DNA of 64,000 nucleotides from Burkholderiaceae bacterium (GTDB lineage Bacteria > Pseudomonadota > Gammaproteobacteria > Burkholderiales > Burkholderiaceae_F): positions 13,324-77,323 of the forward strand of contig DAOMFI010000002.1 of the NCBI GenBank assembly GCA_035429725.1. Reading direction: 5' to 3'. The position numbers and the translations under genes are program-made. Every line of letters begins with the position of its first letter. Position 1 is the first letter of the stretch. Below are positions 46,791-55,183 of the stretch, one piece after another. A model generated the notes under the pieces. That model worked only from the letters and a program-made list of their open reading frames with translations, had not been told where the DNA came from and did no database searches.

Positions 46791-48965
46791 ATGGCGGACG
46801 CGCTGCCGCTGTCCGGCGTCCTCGTCCTCGAGTGGGGCCAGCGGGTCGGCGCCTCCGTGTGCGGATCGTTGCTCGCCCAGCTGGGCGCCGAGGTCGTTTT
46901 CGTCGAGCGCAATCCGCCGGCGGCGTACGGGCACGGCAAGCTTGCCTGGCGGCGTTGCATGGCGGCCGGCAAACGCAGCCTGGCGCTCCGCGATGACGAT
47001 CCCGGGGACCGCGTTCTCCTCGAGCGCCTGGTGCAGCGTGCCGATGTGGTGCTGCGCTCCAGCGATGCGGACGGTACGTTGCGCCTTCCGGACCTTCCGG
47101 ACGATCGGATCGAATGCGATGTGACGGCGTTCGGACGCGGCGCCGCCGAGGCGGGGGACGGATGGAGCGAACAGCTCGTCCAGGCGGTGTCCGGCGTGAT
47201 GCACACGACAGGGCTGCCTGACGGCCCTCCGGTTCGCATCGACTTTCCGCTGGTGGAGTTCATGACCGGCTCCTACGCGGCCGCCGCCGTGCTGGCCGCG
47301 CTGCGTTGGCGGCGGCGCAGCGGGCAGGGGCAGGCCATCGACATGGCGATGTACGACTGCGCTTTCTACGCGATGTCGACGTTCCTGCCGCAGGTGCTGA
47401 CGGGGATCGGCACCGCCGCCAGGCGCGTCGGCAATCGCCACTCGATGGCGTCGCCGTGGAACGTCTATCAGGCGCGCGATGGCTGGGTGCTGATCTGCGC
47501 GGCGAGCGACGTGCAATGGCAACGCATGTGTGAGGTGATGGGCCGACACGAACTGGTCACCGACCCCCGCTTCGCGGCGCTGCCGGACCGGGTCGTCAAC
47601 AACGAAGATGTCGATGCCGCCGTGCAGGCCTGGGTTGGCGATAACACGACCGACGCGTGCATTGCGCGCCTCGGCGCCGCCAGCATCGCCTGCGGCCCGA
47701 TCGCAGAAATCGACGGCTACCCGCGCGAACGCAACATCGACCATCGGGGGATGGCGCTCCAACTGCGCGATCCGGATACCGGCGCCGATGTCCACATTCC
47801 TGCCTCCCCCTTGCGCATGAGCCGGACGCCGGGCGTGGCCCCGCATGCCATCCCGGCCGCCGATTCCGGACGCGCTTGGATCGAGGCGGAACTGCAGCGA
47901 CCGCGGTCGGGCGCCGGCGCCAGCGCGGGTGGGAGCGACGCCATGCCGCTCACCGGTGTCCGCGTGATCGAGATCGGTCACTACACGACTGCTCCGCTCG
48001 CGGCCCGGCACCTCGCGAACCTCGGCGCCGAAGTCGTCAAGATCGAGCCACCCGGTGGCGAGGCGGTGCGCGTGTGGCCACCGGCCAAGCGCGGGCAGGG
48101 GGTCTTCTTCACCTACACGAACGCCGACAAGAAGAGCCTGGTACTCGACCTGACCAACGACGACGACGCTGCGCTCCTGCGCCGGCTGGTGGCGGCGGCC
48201 GACGTGCTGATCGAGAACCTCAAGCCGGGAACCCTGGCCAAGCGCGGTTTCACCAGCGAAGCGCTGCTGGCCCTCAACCCGAAACTTGTCTACTGCGCGG
48301 TGTCCGGCTTCGGCTCGCACTCGCTCTACGCGGGCCGGCCGGCGTTCGACACGGTCATCCAGGCGATGTCGGGTGTCATGGACCTGATCCGCTCGGACGG
48401 GATGCCGTTGAAGTCTGGCCCGTCCAGCGCGGACATCATGGGCGGCGAGCTCGCGGTGGTCGCCATCCTGGCCGCGCTGGAGCACCGTGACCGGACCGGC
48501 GAAGGACAGTCGATCGACCTGTCCATGCAGGACATCGCGGCCTGGCTGACGCAGACACGATGGAATTCCGCCGGGCCCGCCGCGCCGGGCTCGCTGATCG
48601 AGTGCGCGGACGGGTTCCTGTACGCCGAAGCTGTCGCGGACGCGGACTCGTGCAGGGCGGGCTTGCCGGCCAGTGCGACCCGCGCCGAGGGGCAGGCGGC
48701 GCTGGCGGCCGCCGGCGTGCGATCCGCGCCGGTGAACACCGTGCCGGAACTCGTAGCGCATCCACAGACGGCGAGCCGCCGGCTCTGGTTCGAGTTCCGC
48801 GAACCGGACGGCGAGACATGGCCGTTGCTCGGTAGCCCCCTGCGGCTGACGGTCACGCCACCCCGCGTGGGCCGACCGATGGGACCGCTGGACCGGGATC
48901 GTGAAACCATCATCGGCCAATGGCTCGGCGTCGCCGAGAACCTCACACACGGAACGGAAGGTTGA
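46791..48965 (+). CDS. tandem-fused family III CoA-transferase (paralog of 35230-37263)
   Basis: 724 aa. The N-terminal half has LSGVLVLEWG...GAEVVFVE...GWSEQLVQAVSGVM...PLVEFMTG. The C-terminal half has LTGVRVIEIGHYTTAPLAARHLANLGAEVVKIEP...PAFDTVIQAMSGVM...SSADIMGG. Confidence 0.8.
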   Translation: MADALPLSGVLVLEWGQRVGASVCGSLLAQLGAEVVFVERNPPAAYGHGKLAWRRCMAAGKRSLALRDDDPGDRVLLERLVQRADVVLRSSDADGTLRLPDLPDDRIECDVTAFGRGAAEAGDGWSEQLVQAVSGVMHTTGLPDGPPVRIDFPLVEFMTGSYAAAAVLAALRWRRRSGQGQAIDMAMYDCAFYAMSTFLPQVLTGIGTAARRVGNRHSMASPWNVYQARDGWVLICAASDVQWQRMCEVMGRHELVTDPRFAALPDRVVNNEDVDAAVQAWVGDNTTDACIARLGAASIACGPIAEIDGYPRERNIDHRGMALQLRDPDTGADVHIPASPLRMSRTPGVAPHAIPAADSGRAWIEAELQRPRSGAGASAGGSDAMPLTGVRVIEIGHYTTAPLAARHLANLGAEVVKIEPPGGEAVRVWPPAKRGQGVFFTYTNADKKSLVLDLTNDDDAALLRRLVAAADVLIENLKPGTLAKRGFTSEALLALNPKLVYCAVSGFGSHSLYAGRPAFDTVIQAMSGVMDLIRSDGMPLKSGPSSADIMGGELAVVAILAALEHRDRTGEGQSIDLSMQDIAAWLTQTRWNSAGPAAPGSLIECADGFLYAEAVADADSCRAGLPASATRAEGQAALAAAGVRSAPVNTVPELVAHPQTASRRLWFEFREPDGETWPLLGSPLRLTVTPPRVGRPMGPLDRDRETIIGQWLGVAENLTHGTEG

Positions 48966-48967
48966 AC

Positions 48968-49750
48968 ATGGAACTGCAGCTTCAGGGCAAGGTCGCGCTG
49001 GTCACCGGCGGCGCGCGCGGGATCGGCTTCGCCACGGCGCAGCGGCTGGCGTCGGAGGGCGCCAAACTGGCGATCGTCGACGTGAACGGCGCGGCGGCGG
49101 AAGAGGCGGCGAAGCAACTGCGCGCCGGCATCGAGGCGATTGGCGTGGCGGCCGACATCTCGCGCGAAGACGAAGTGAAGCGGATGACGCAGACCGTGGT
49201 CCAGGCGTTCGGACGGATCGACATCCTGGTCAACAGTGCCGCGGTGCTCGACGACAAGCTCTTCCTCGACTCGACGCCGCAGGACTGGAACCGGGTGATG
49301 GGGGTGTGCCTGAACGGCGCCATGCTGACCCTGCATGCCGTGCTGCCCGGCATGGTGGAGCGCGGCTACGGACGGGTGGTGTGTCTCGCCTCCGACTCGG
49401 CTCGCGTCGGCCAGGCGCGCCTGTCGTATTACGCGGCGGCCAAGGCGGCCGTGATCGCGCTCGTGAAGTCGGTCGCGCAGGAGGTCGGCGACCGCGGGGT
49501 GACGCTGAACGTCGTCTCGCCGGGTGCGACCAATACGCCGCTGCGCATGGAGCGCGAGGAAAGCCTCAAGCAGCAGATGGGCGAGGAGAAATACGCGCGG
49601 CGGGTCAAGACGGTCCTCCACATGTACCCGACAGGCCGCCTCGGCGAGCCCGACGACATCGCCTCGGCCATCGCCTTCCTCGTCAGCGACCGCGCGTCGT
49701 GGATCACGGGTCAGGTCGTCAGTGTGAACGGCGGGTTCGTGATGCCCTAG
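48968..49750 (+). CDS. short-chain dehydrogenase/reductase (SDR)
   Basis: KVALVTGGARGIGFA, NSAAV, catalytic YYAAAKAA, PGATNTP. Confidence 0.9.
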   Translation: MELQLQGKVALVTGGARGIGFATAQRLASEGAKLAIVDVNGAAAEEAAKQLRAGIEAIGVAADISREDEVKRMTQTVVQAFGRIDILVNSAAVLDDKLFLDSTPQDWNRVMGVCLNGAMLTLHAVLPGMVERGYGRVVCLASDSARVGQARLSYYAAAKAAVIALVKSVAQEVGDRGVTLNVVSPGATNTPLRMEREESLKQQMGEEKYARRVKTVLHMYPTGRLGEPDDIASAIAFLVSDRASWITGQVVSVNGGFVMP

Positions 49751-49818
49751 GCCCGTGGTCCATGCCCTGCGACCCGACCGCGCCGCTTCATCGAGCACGA
49801 TCGCCGGCCTGACCGACG

Positions 49819-51054
49819 ATGGCGACCGCCGAGCCCACGCGGCACCGCACCCTCGCGGTGCTCGGCCTGACGACCGGCGTGCATACGTTGTCGGCCCTGC
49901 AGGTGTTCACGATCCCCGCGATCGCCCCCGCCATGGCGGCCGGCATCGGTGTGGGCGAGTCGCTGGTCGGCGTGCAGGTGATCCTCGTCTACCTCGCGTC
50001 GATGTTCACCTCCATGTACGCCGGTTCGCTGGTGGTCCGGATCGGCGCCGTGCGTACCGCGCAGTTGAGCATGGCGCTCGGCGCGGCCGGGCTGGGTTGC
50101 GCGGCGCTGCCCTTTCCGTCCGTGGTGGCGCTGGCGTCCCTCGTTCTCGGCATGTCCTACGGTCTGGTGAACCCGTCGACGGGTCAGATGCTCGACAGCG
50201 CCGCCAGCCCCGATCGCCGCGGTTTCTTGTTCTCGGTGAAGCAGACGGCGGTGCCGCTGGGCGGCATCCTCGCCGGCATGCTCGCACCGCCGTTCGCGGT
50301 GCTCCTCGGCTGGCAGGGGGCCCTGCTCGCCATCGGGGCGGCGACGCTCGGCGGCGCCGCGGCCGTGCAGATGAAGGCGCACTGGTTTCCGTTCACGCGC
50401 GCCCGGAATTCTGAAACGCGGCCCTCAATGTTCGGTGACCTCTCGGTGATCTGGCGGGTGCCCGCACTTCGCTACACCTGCCTCGGCGTCGGCTGCTTCG
50501 CCGGCGTGCAGTTTACGTTGACCACCTACCTCGTCACGCTGCTGGTGCAGGGTTCGGGCATCGGCCTCATCGCGGCCGGTGTCGGGCTGTCGTTCTTCAA
50601 CTTCGGCGGCATCGCCGGGCGGTTCGGGTGGGGTCTCGTCGCCGACCGCGTCGGCGCAGGCCTGCCGGTGCTGTCGGCGCTGTTCGCGACCGCGGTCGGA
50701 CTGCTGCTTGCCTTCCCGTGGATCGCAGCTGACTGGCCGACCGCACTGGTCTACGGCTTTCTCGGCGTGCTGGGTGTGGTGGTGGCCGGGTGGAACGGCG
50801 TGTTCCTCGGCGAACTGCTGCGGCTCGCGCCGCCGGGGGAGTCAGCGCGCGTGCTCGGCGGAGGACTCGTGTTCGGCTTTGCCGGCGCCCTCATCAGCAT
50901 CGGCACCTTCCTGCTCGTCTACCGCTGGGTCGGCAGCTACAACCTTACGGCGTGGACGATGATCGTCGTCGCGCTGATCGGCCTGTCCTTCATCCTGAAG
51001 GCGCTGGCGCTCGTACGCCGGACCGCTCGCACGCGGCCAAGCCCGGCGGAGTAA
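49819..51054 (+). CDS. MFS transporter
   Basis: 411 aa with about 12 hydrophobic segments. Confidence 0.85.
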   Translation: MATAEPTRHRTLAVLGLTTGVHTLSALQVFTIPAIAPAMAAGIGVGESLVGVQVILVYLASMFTSMYAGSLVVRIGAVRTAQLSMALGAAGLGCAALPFPSVVALASLVLGMSYGLVNPSTGQMLDSAASPDRRGFLFSVKQTAVPLGGILAGMLAPPFAVLLGWQGALLAIGAATLGGAAAVQMKAHWFPFTRARNSETRPSMFGDLSVIWRVPALRYTCLGVGCFAGVQFTLTTYLVTLLVQGSGIGLIAAGVGLSFFNFGGIAGRFGWGLVADRVGAGLPVLSALFATAVGLLLAFPWIAADWPTALVYGFLGVLGVVVAGWNGVFLGELLRLAPPGESARVLGGGLVFGFAGALISIGTFLLVYRWVGSYNLTAWTMIVVALIGLSFILKALALVRRTARTRPSPAE

Positions 51055-51094
51055 GGCACTCACTTCAGGACCAACTTTCCTTCGGAAACCTTCC

Positions 51095-51772
51095 ATGATC
51101 ACTCTCCACCACTGCGTCGGTGCACGCTCGTTCCGGCCGCTCTGGCTGCTCGAGGAACTCGGCGTGAAATACGAACTGAAGCCGCTGCCGTTCCCGCCGC
51201 GCGTCCTCGCGAAGGAGTACCTTGCGGTGAACCCGCTCGGCACCGTCCCCGCCTTTGCCGACGGCGACACCCGAATGACCGAGTCGGTGGCGATCTGTCA
51301 CTACCTGGCCGAGCGCCATGGCGGATCGCTGCGCGTCAACGTGGCGCCGGACGAGCCGGACTACGGGCGGTACCTGAACTTCCTGTTCTTCGGCGAGGCG
51401 ACCCTGACGTTCCCGCAGACGCTGGTGCTTCGGTACCAGCGCTTCGAACCGCCGGAGCGGCGCCAGCCGCAGGTGGCGGACGACTACGGCAAATGGTTCC
51501 ACGCTCGGCTACGTACCCTGGACGCCTACCTGGAACAGCACGACACGATCTGCGCCGGTCGCTTCACCGCGGCCGACGTTTCGGTGGGCTATGCCTTGCT
51601 GCTGGCGGATCACATCGGGCTGTCGGCACGCTTCTCGCCGTCGGTGAAGTCGTACTTCGAACGGCTGCGGTCGCGTCCCGCCTTCGTGCGCGCCCAGGAT
51701 GTCGAGCGCGGCGCGGCAGAAGGACTCGGCCTGTCGACGGTTCCGGTCGGCCGCATTCCGGCGCCGCAATAG
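51095..51772 (+). CDS. glutathione S-transferase
   Basis: Thioredoxin-like N-terminal domain (SFRPLWLLEELGV, NPLGTVPAF, TESVAICHYLAE) plus a helical C-terminal domain. Confidence 0.88.
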   Translation: MITLHHCVGARSFRPLWLLEELGVKYELKPLPFPPRVLAKEYLAVNPLGTVPAFADGDTRMTESVAICHYLAERHGGSLRVNVAPDEPDYGRYLNFLFFGEATLTFPQTLVLRYQRFEPPERRQPQVADDYGKWFHARLRTLDAYLEQHDTICAGRFTAADVSVGYALLLADHIGLSARFSPSVKSYFERLRSRPAFVRAQDVERGAAEGLGLSTVPVGRIPAPQ

Positions 51773-51829
51773 CGGGCGGCGCGTCCTCCCCATTCGAATC
51801 GACGAAGCAATCTGAAGAAGGAGAAGCGC

Positions 51830-52327
51830 ATGAAACTGCGAAGCAACAACTTCGAAGACGGCGACTACCTGGCGATGCCCCACATCCTGTCGGCGGACTA
51901 CGGGTTCGGCTGCAGCGGAGGGAACCGCTCGCCGCACCTGCAGTGGTCCGATGTGCCGCCGGGAACAAAGAGTTTTGCGATCACCTGCTTCGATCCCGAT
52001 GCGCCGACGGGCAGCGGCTTCTGGCACTGGGTGGTAGTCAACATTCCGGCCGGAGTCACCGAAGTGGCGGAGAACGCGGGTGATCCGGGGTCGGGCCTGC
52101 TGCCCGACGGCGCCCTCCAGACCCGCACCGATTTCGGCAAGCCCGGCTATGGCGGACCGTGCCCGCCGGACGGTCCGCACCGCTACGTCTTCACCGTGCA
52201 CGCGCTCTCAGGCGAGCGGCTGCCGGTCGCGGCCGACACGTCGGCCGCGGTGGTGGGCTTCAATATGCACTTCAAGACACTCGCGAAGGCCAGCCTGATC
52301 GGCATGGCACGACCGCCGCGACGGTGA
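51830..52327 (+). CDS. YbhB/YbcL-family PEBP (Raf kinase inhibitor-like) protein
   Basis: NRSPHLQWSDVPPGTKSFAITCFDPDAPTGSGFWHWVVVNIP and GYGGPCPPDGPHRYVFTVHAL. Confidence 0.88.
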   Translation: MKLRSNNFEDGDYLAMPHILSADYGFGCSGGNRSPHLQWSDVPPGTKSFAITCFDPDAPTGSGFWHWVVVNIPAGVTEVAENAGDPGSGLLPDGALQTRTDFGKPGYGGPCPPDGPHRYVFTVHALSGERLPVAADTSAAVVGFNMHFKTLAKASLIGMARPPRR

Positions 52328-52347
52328 CGTGCTCGGTCCCTGCGGGC

Positions 52348-52782
52348 TCAGAGCACCTTCTCGATCGCCTCGCCCACCATCACCAGTTCGCCGTGCTGGT
52401 TCTTCGACTCGACCTCGAAGCGGATGCGGCGCTTGGCGTCGATCTTCTCGACAAGGCGCACGGTGGTCGTGACCGTGTCGCCGGCGACGACGGGCTTCAG
52501 GTACTTCGACGTCGACGACAGCAGGGCCGTGTGGACGCCGAAGCGCTCGCAGAATTGGACCATCGGCCTCGACATCAGCGCCGCGGTCATCACGCCGTGC
52601 GCCACCCGATCCGGGTACGGAGTGTTGCGTCGCGCCCAGTCGCCATCCACGTGGATCGGGTTGAAGCTCTGTATCGCGTGAGCGAAGGCATCGATGGCGT
52701 CGCCGTCGATGCGCCGTACGCACGCCTCGAATGCACCGATGGGCAGCGCGTCGAAGGTTCCGGTGCTGGACTCCGAGGGCAT
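52348..52782 (-). CDS. MaoC-like hot-dog dehydratase
   Basis: 144 aa. FAHAIQSFNPIHVDGDWARRNTPYPDRVAHGVM. Confidence 0.85.
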   Translation of the reverse strand: MPSESSTGTFDALPIGAFEACVRRIDGDAIDAFAHAIQSFNPIHVDGDWARRNTPYPDRVAHGVMTAALMSRPMVQFCERFGVHTALLSSTSKYLKPVVAGDTVTTTVRLVEKIDAKRRIRFEVESKNQHGELVMVGEAIEKVL

Positions 52783-52844
52783 CTGTCACTCTCCAAGGTG
52801 TCTTTCCTGGCGCCGACCACCGCCAGACGGAACGGGCGCTCGCC

Positions 52845-53396
52845 TCATCGCCGCTTCCAGTGCTGCATCCGCAGGAAATGCACCAGCGGACGGTGCGCGG
52901 CATACGCATAGCAGGAGTCGACCTTCTTCTCGAGCGGGAACCCGTCCGTCTCCACGCCTTTCATCCGGTTGTGCGGGACGATCGTCTGGTAGGCGGCGGT
53001 GCCCATGGCGAGCAGCATTTCGACAAGGTGCGTGCAGCTCGCGGCGCCGCCCAGCCGGAGCTTGATCGTCATCGTCCACCCCGGACCGATCCTCAGACCC
53101 TTGACCATGGCGAGCGAGCCGACGGCCTCCGGACAGATGTCGAACGGCGTGGCATCGCTGCTCGCCTCCGCGTCCTCGACGACGAGTTGGTCCGAGACGA
53201 CGAGGCGAATCGCCATTTGGTGCACCGGCTCGCCGGACGCCACTGTCCGCGTCCCCCCCGGGGGTGTCATGTCGTAGCCCTTGGTATCGAGCAGGGTGCA
53301 CTCGATGTCGAAGCGGCCGTCTTGGCGGCGATAGCCGCGGAAGCTCATCCGGCGGTGGTGGAGCTCTTCGCGATCTGCGGGTGGCGACAGGGGCAT
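52845..53396 (-). CDS. DUF2889-family protein
   Basis: From ATG 53396. ELHHRRMSFRGYRRQDGRFDIECTLLDTKGYDM...GAASCTHLVEMLLAMGTAAYQTI, as I recall the family. The longer ORF to 53528 is less likely. Confidence 0.65.
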   Translation of the reverse strand: MPLSPPADREELHHRRMSFRGYRRQDGRFDIECTLLDTKGYDMTPPGGTRTVASGEPVHQMAIRLVVSDQLVVEDAEASSDATPFDICPEAVGSLAMVKGLRIGPGWTMTIKLRLGGAASCTHLVEMLLAMGTAAYQTIVPHNRMKGVETDGFPLEKKVDSCYAYAAHRPLVHFLRMQHWKRR

Positions 53397-53478
53397 GGTG
53401 CGCTCGTCGGTGGCGATTCGGAGGGAGAAGCGGCGGGAGCGCCGGACACCCACCGCGGCCGGCGGGTGGGAACCGATG

Positions 53479-53500
53479 ATTGGATGCTGGATTGGATGCA
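53479..53500. repeat. tandem direct repeat GATTGGATGC-TG-GATTGGATGC
   Basis: Two exact 10-bp copies with a 12-bp period, 83-105 bp upstream of the DUF2889 start on the minus strand. Confidence 0.3.
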
Positions 53501-53805
53501 ATATAGTTTCAACCCGCCTCTGCCGCAACCGCGTTTCGGTCCTTCCCGGACGCCGATCTACCCGTGACGCGCCTCTCGTGAACGCCTCAATTCTTCAACC
53601 GGCCCGCGGCAACAGGCGAACGGCGAGTCGGCTCTGGTCGACGTCCTCGTCGATTTTCGTCGCATTCCTTCTGAAGCGGCCGCCTCCAAGAGCTCATTTA
53701 GCTCGGTCATTGCTTCTGACTGCCCGATGCGCCAAAGGCAGTTAGCGAAATAGAGCGGTTCAATTTGTTGCGCGTTGTCCGAGGGTGGAACCCTGGAGCT
53801 CTTAA

Positions 53806-53925
53806 GCGAAGAAGCTGAGCCAGAAAGGCGGCCAGTGGAGCCTGCGGGTGAACGATCAGTTCCGCATCTGCTTTCGCTGCACGGGAAGCGACGCCGAAGA
53901 GGTCGAGATCGTGGACTATCACTGA
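53806..53925 (+). pseudogene. higB: HigB (RelE-type toxin) C-terminal remnant
   Basis: AKKLSQKGGQWSLRVNDQFRICFRCTGSDAEEVEIVDYH* matches the conserved HigB C-terminus. It is preceded by an in-frame TAA (53803-53805), and no intact N-terminal half exists in any frame. Confidence 0.6.
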
Positions 53926-53936
53926 GGTAGGACGAC

Positions 53937-54260
53937 ATGGGCAGGAAACTCAAACCTGTATCGCCGGGCGAGATGCTCGCCGAGGAGTTCTTGAAGCCGC
54001 TGGGCATGAGCAACTACCGTCTGGCAAAGGAGATCGGCGTGCCCGCGCAGCGCATCGGCGAGATCGTCGCAGGCAAGCGCGCCATCACCGCCGACACCGA
54101 TCTGCGGCTGTGCCGATTCTTCGGGCTTTCCGATGGCTGGTGGCTGCGCTTGCAGGCGGACTTCGATACCGAGGTCGCCAAGGCGAGCCTCGCGAAGGCG
54201 CTTGCGAAGATCAGGCCGTGGAAGGAAGCCGCGGAGCAGACGGCGGATGATGCGCACTGA
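53937..54260 (+). CDS. higA: HigA-family antitoxin (XRE-type HTH)
   Basis: 107 aa. PGEMLAEEFLKPLGMSNYRLAKEIGVPAQRIGEIVAGKRAITADTDLRLCRFFGLSDGWWLRLQADFD. Confidence 0.88.
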   Translation: MGRKLKPVSPGEMLAEEFLKPLGMSNYRLAKEIGVPAQRIGEIVAGKRAITADTDLRLCRFFGLSDGWWLRLQADFDTEVAKASLAKALAKIRPWKEAAEQTADDAH

Positions 54261-54427
54261 CCTTCTGCTCTCGAGCGGGAGCGCCGTGACGGTAAAAAAT
54301 CGTCCTAAAGACTCGATGCGACAACAACTTGAGGCCTTTGATGCCGGCGTCCCCTCGATCACTTCGCGCCGAACGAGGAGTCGTCTCACGCCAGAGGACG
54401 GTATTTCAGACGGGTCCAGCCAAGTCT

Positions 54428-55075
54428 TCACCGGGAACTGGTTTCCCGCACAGTTGGCTGCAGCTGTCTCATTCCAGACAACAGCAAATCAACCAGCGTC
54501 TCGGCACGATTCGCCAGGTCGAGCTTCGATGCCGGGTGCATCGCTGTCCGCATCAGTCCGGTGACGTATGAGTACATGGCTCGGGCCGTGAGCTCGACGT
54601 CGAGACTGCCGGGTAGTTGTCCCGTCGCGACGGCCGCTCGCAGAGTTTGCTCGAGGCTCCGGTAGCACTCTGACTCGGACTCTGCTTGCAGGCGATGAGC
54701 GCACTCGAGTTCATCGTTGAACTCGGTGCGCAAGAATGCCAGCTCGTACAGACGCGCCTCCGCTTCGTGCGAGGCGGCAGCTCGCAGCGCCTCGATCACT
54801 CCGTCGCGCAGGGCACCGAGCGGATCGCGCCGAGCCCGATTCGAGAGGCGTTCTTGGCGGTCGCGCCGAATTGATTCGGCGCACTCTGTGAGGGCCGTGA
54901 ACAACGCGGCCTTGTTCGCGAAGTGCCAATAGACCGCGCCTCGTGTCACGCCGGCCGCTTGCGCCACTTCGCTCAGCGAGGCTTGGGCCACCCCGCGCTT
55001 CCAGAACACCACCGCAGCGGCATCGAGCACGCGCTGCCGGGTGGCGAGCGCGTCTTCCTTGCATCTGCGGGCCAT
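54428..55075 (-). CDS. TetR/AcrR-family transcriptional repressor
   Basis: N-terminal HTH ASLSEVAQAAGVTRGAVYWHFANKAALF. It is divergent from the RND operon. Confidence 0.9.
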   Translation of the reverse strand: MARRCKEDALATRQRVLDAAAVVFWKRGVAQASLSEVAQAAGVTRGAVYWHFANKAALFTALTECAESIRRDRQERLSNRARRDPLGALRDGVIEALRAAASHEAEARLYELAFLRTEFNDELECAHRLQAESESECYRSLEQTLRAAVATGQLPGSLDVELTARAMYSYVTGLMRTAMHPASKLDLANRAETLVDLLLSGMRQLQPTVRETSSR

Positions 55076-55111
55076 CGGGGAAACTTACCTCTTGCGAATG
55101 CGGGCAGTATA

Positions 55112-55127
55112 GAATGAACGATCATTC
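55112..55127. promoter_or_regulatory. candidate TetR operator GAATGA-ACGA-TCATTC
   Basis: Perfect 6-bp inverted arms with a 4-bp spacer, in the 108-bp TetR/RND divergent intergenic region. Confidence 0.4.
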
Positions 55128-55183
55128 AATATCCACCAAGCTGCCGGACATCGGCGCGGGAAGCGAAAAGAGGACCACGGGTC

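Noticed and set aside
46299-48950. 883-aa ORF on the minus strand
   Set aside because: It is antisense to the thioesterase and tandem CoA-transferase genes, has the same compositional artefact, and shows no recognisable motifs.
52329-52356. GTGCTC...GAGCAC inverted repeat as a bidirectional terminator between convergent PEBP and MaoC genes
   Set aside because: The stem is only 6 bp with a 16-nt loop, there is no U-tract, and one arm lies inside the MaoC coding region.
53558-54013. Minus-strand ORFs of 151 aa and 71 aa (53707-53922) in the higB region
   Set aside because: They are antisense to the recognisable HigB remnant and the higA start, have no motifs, and have no plausible RBS.
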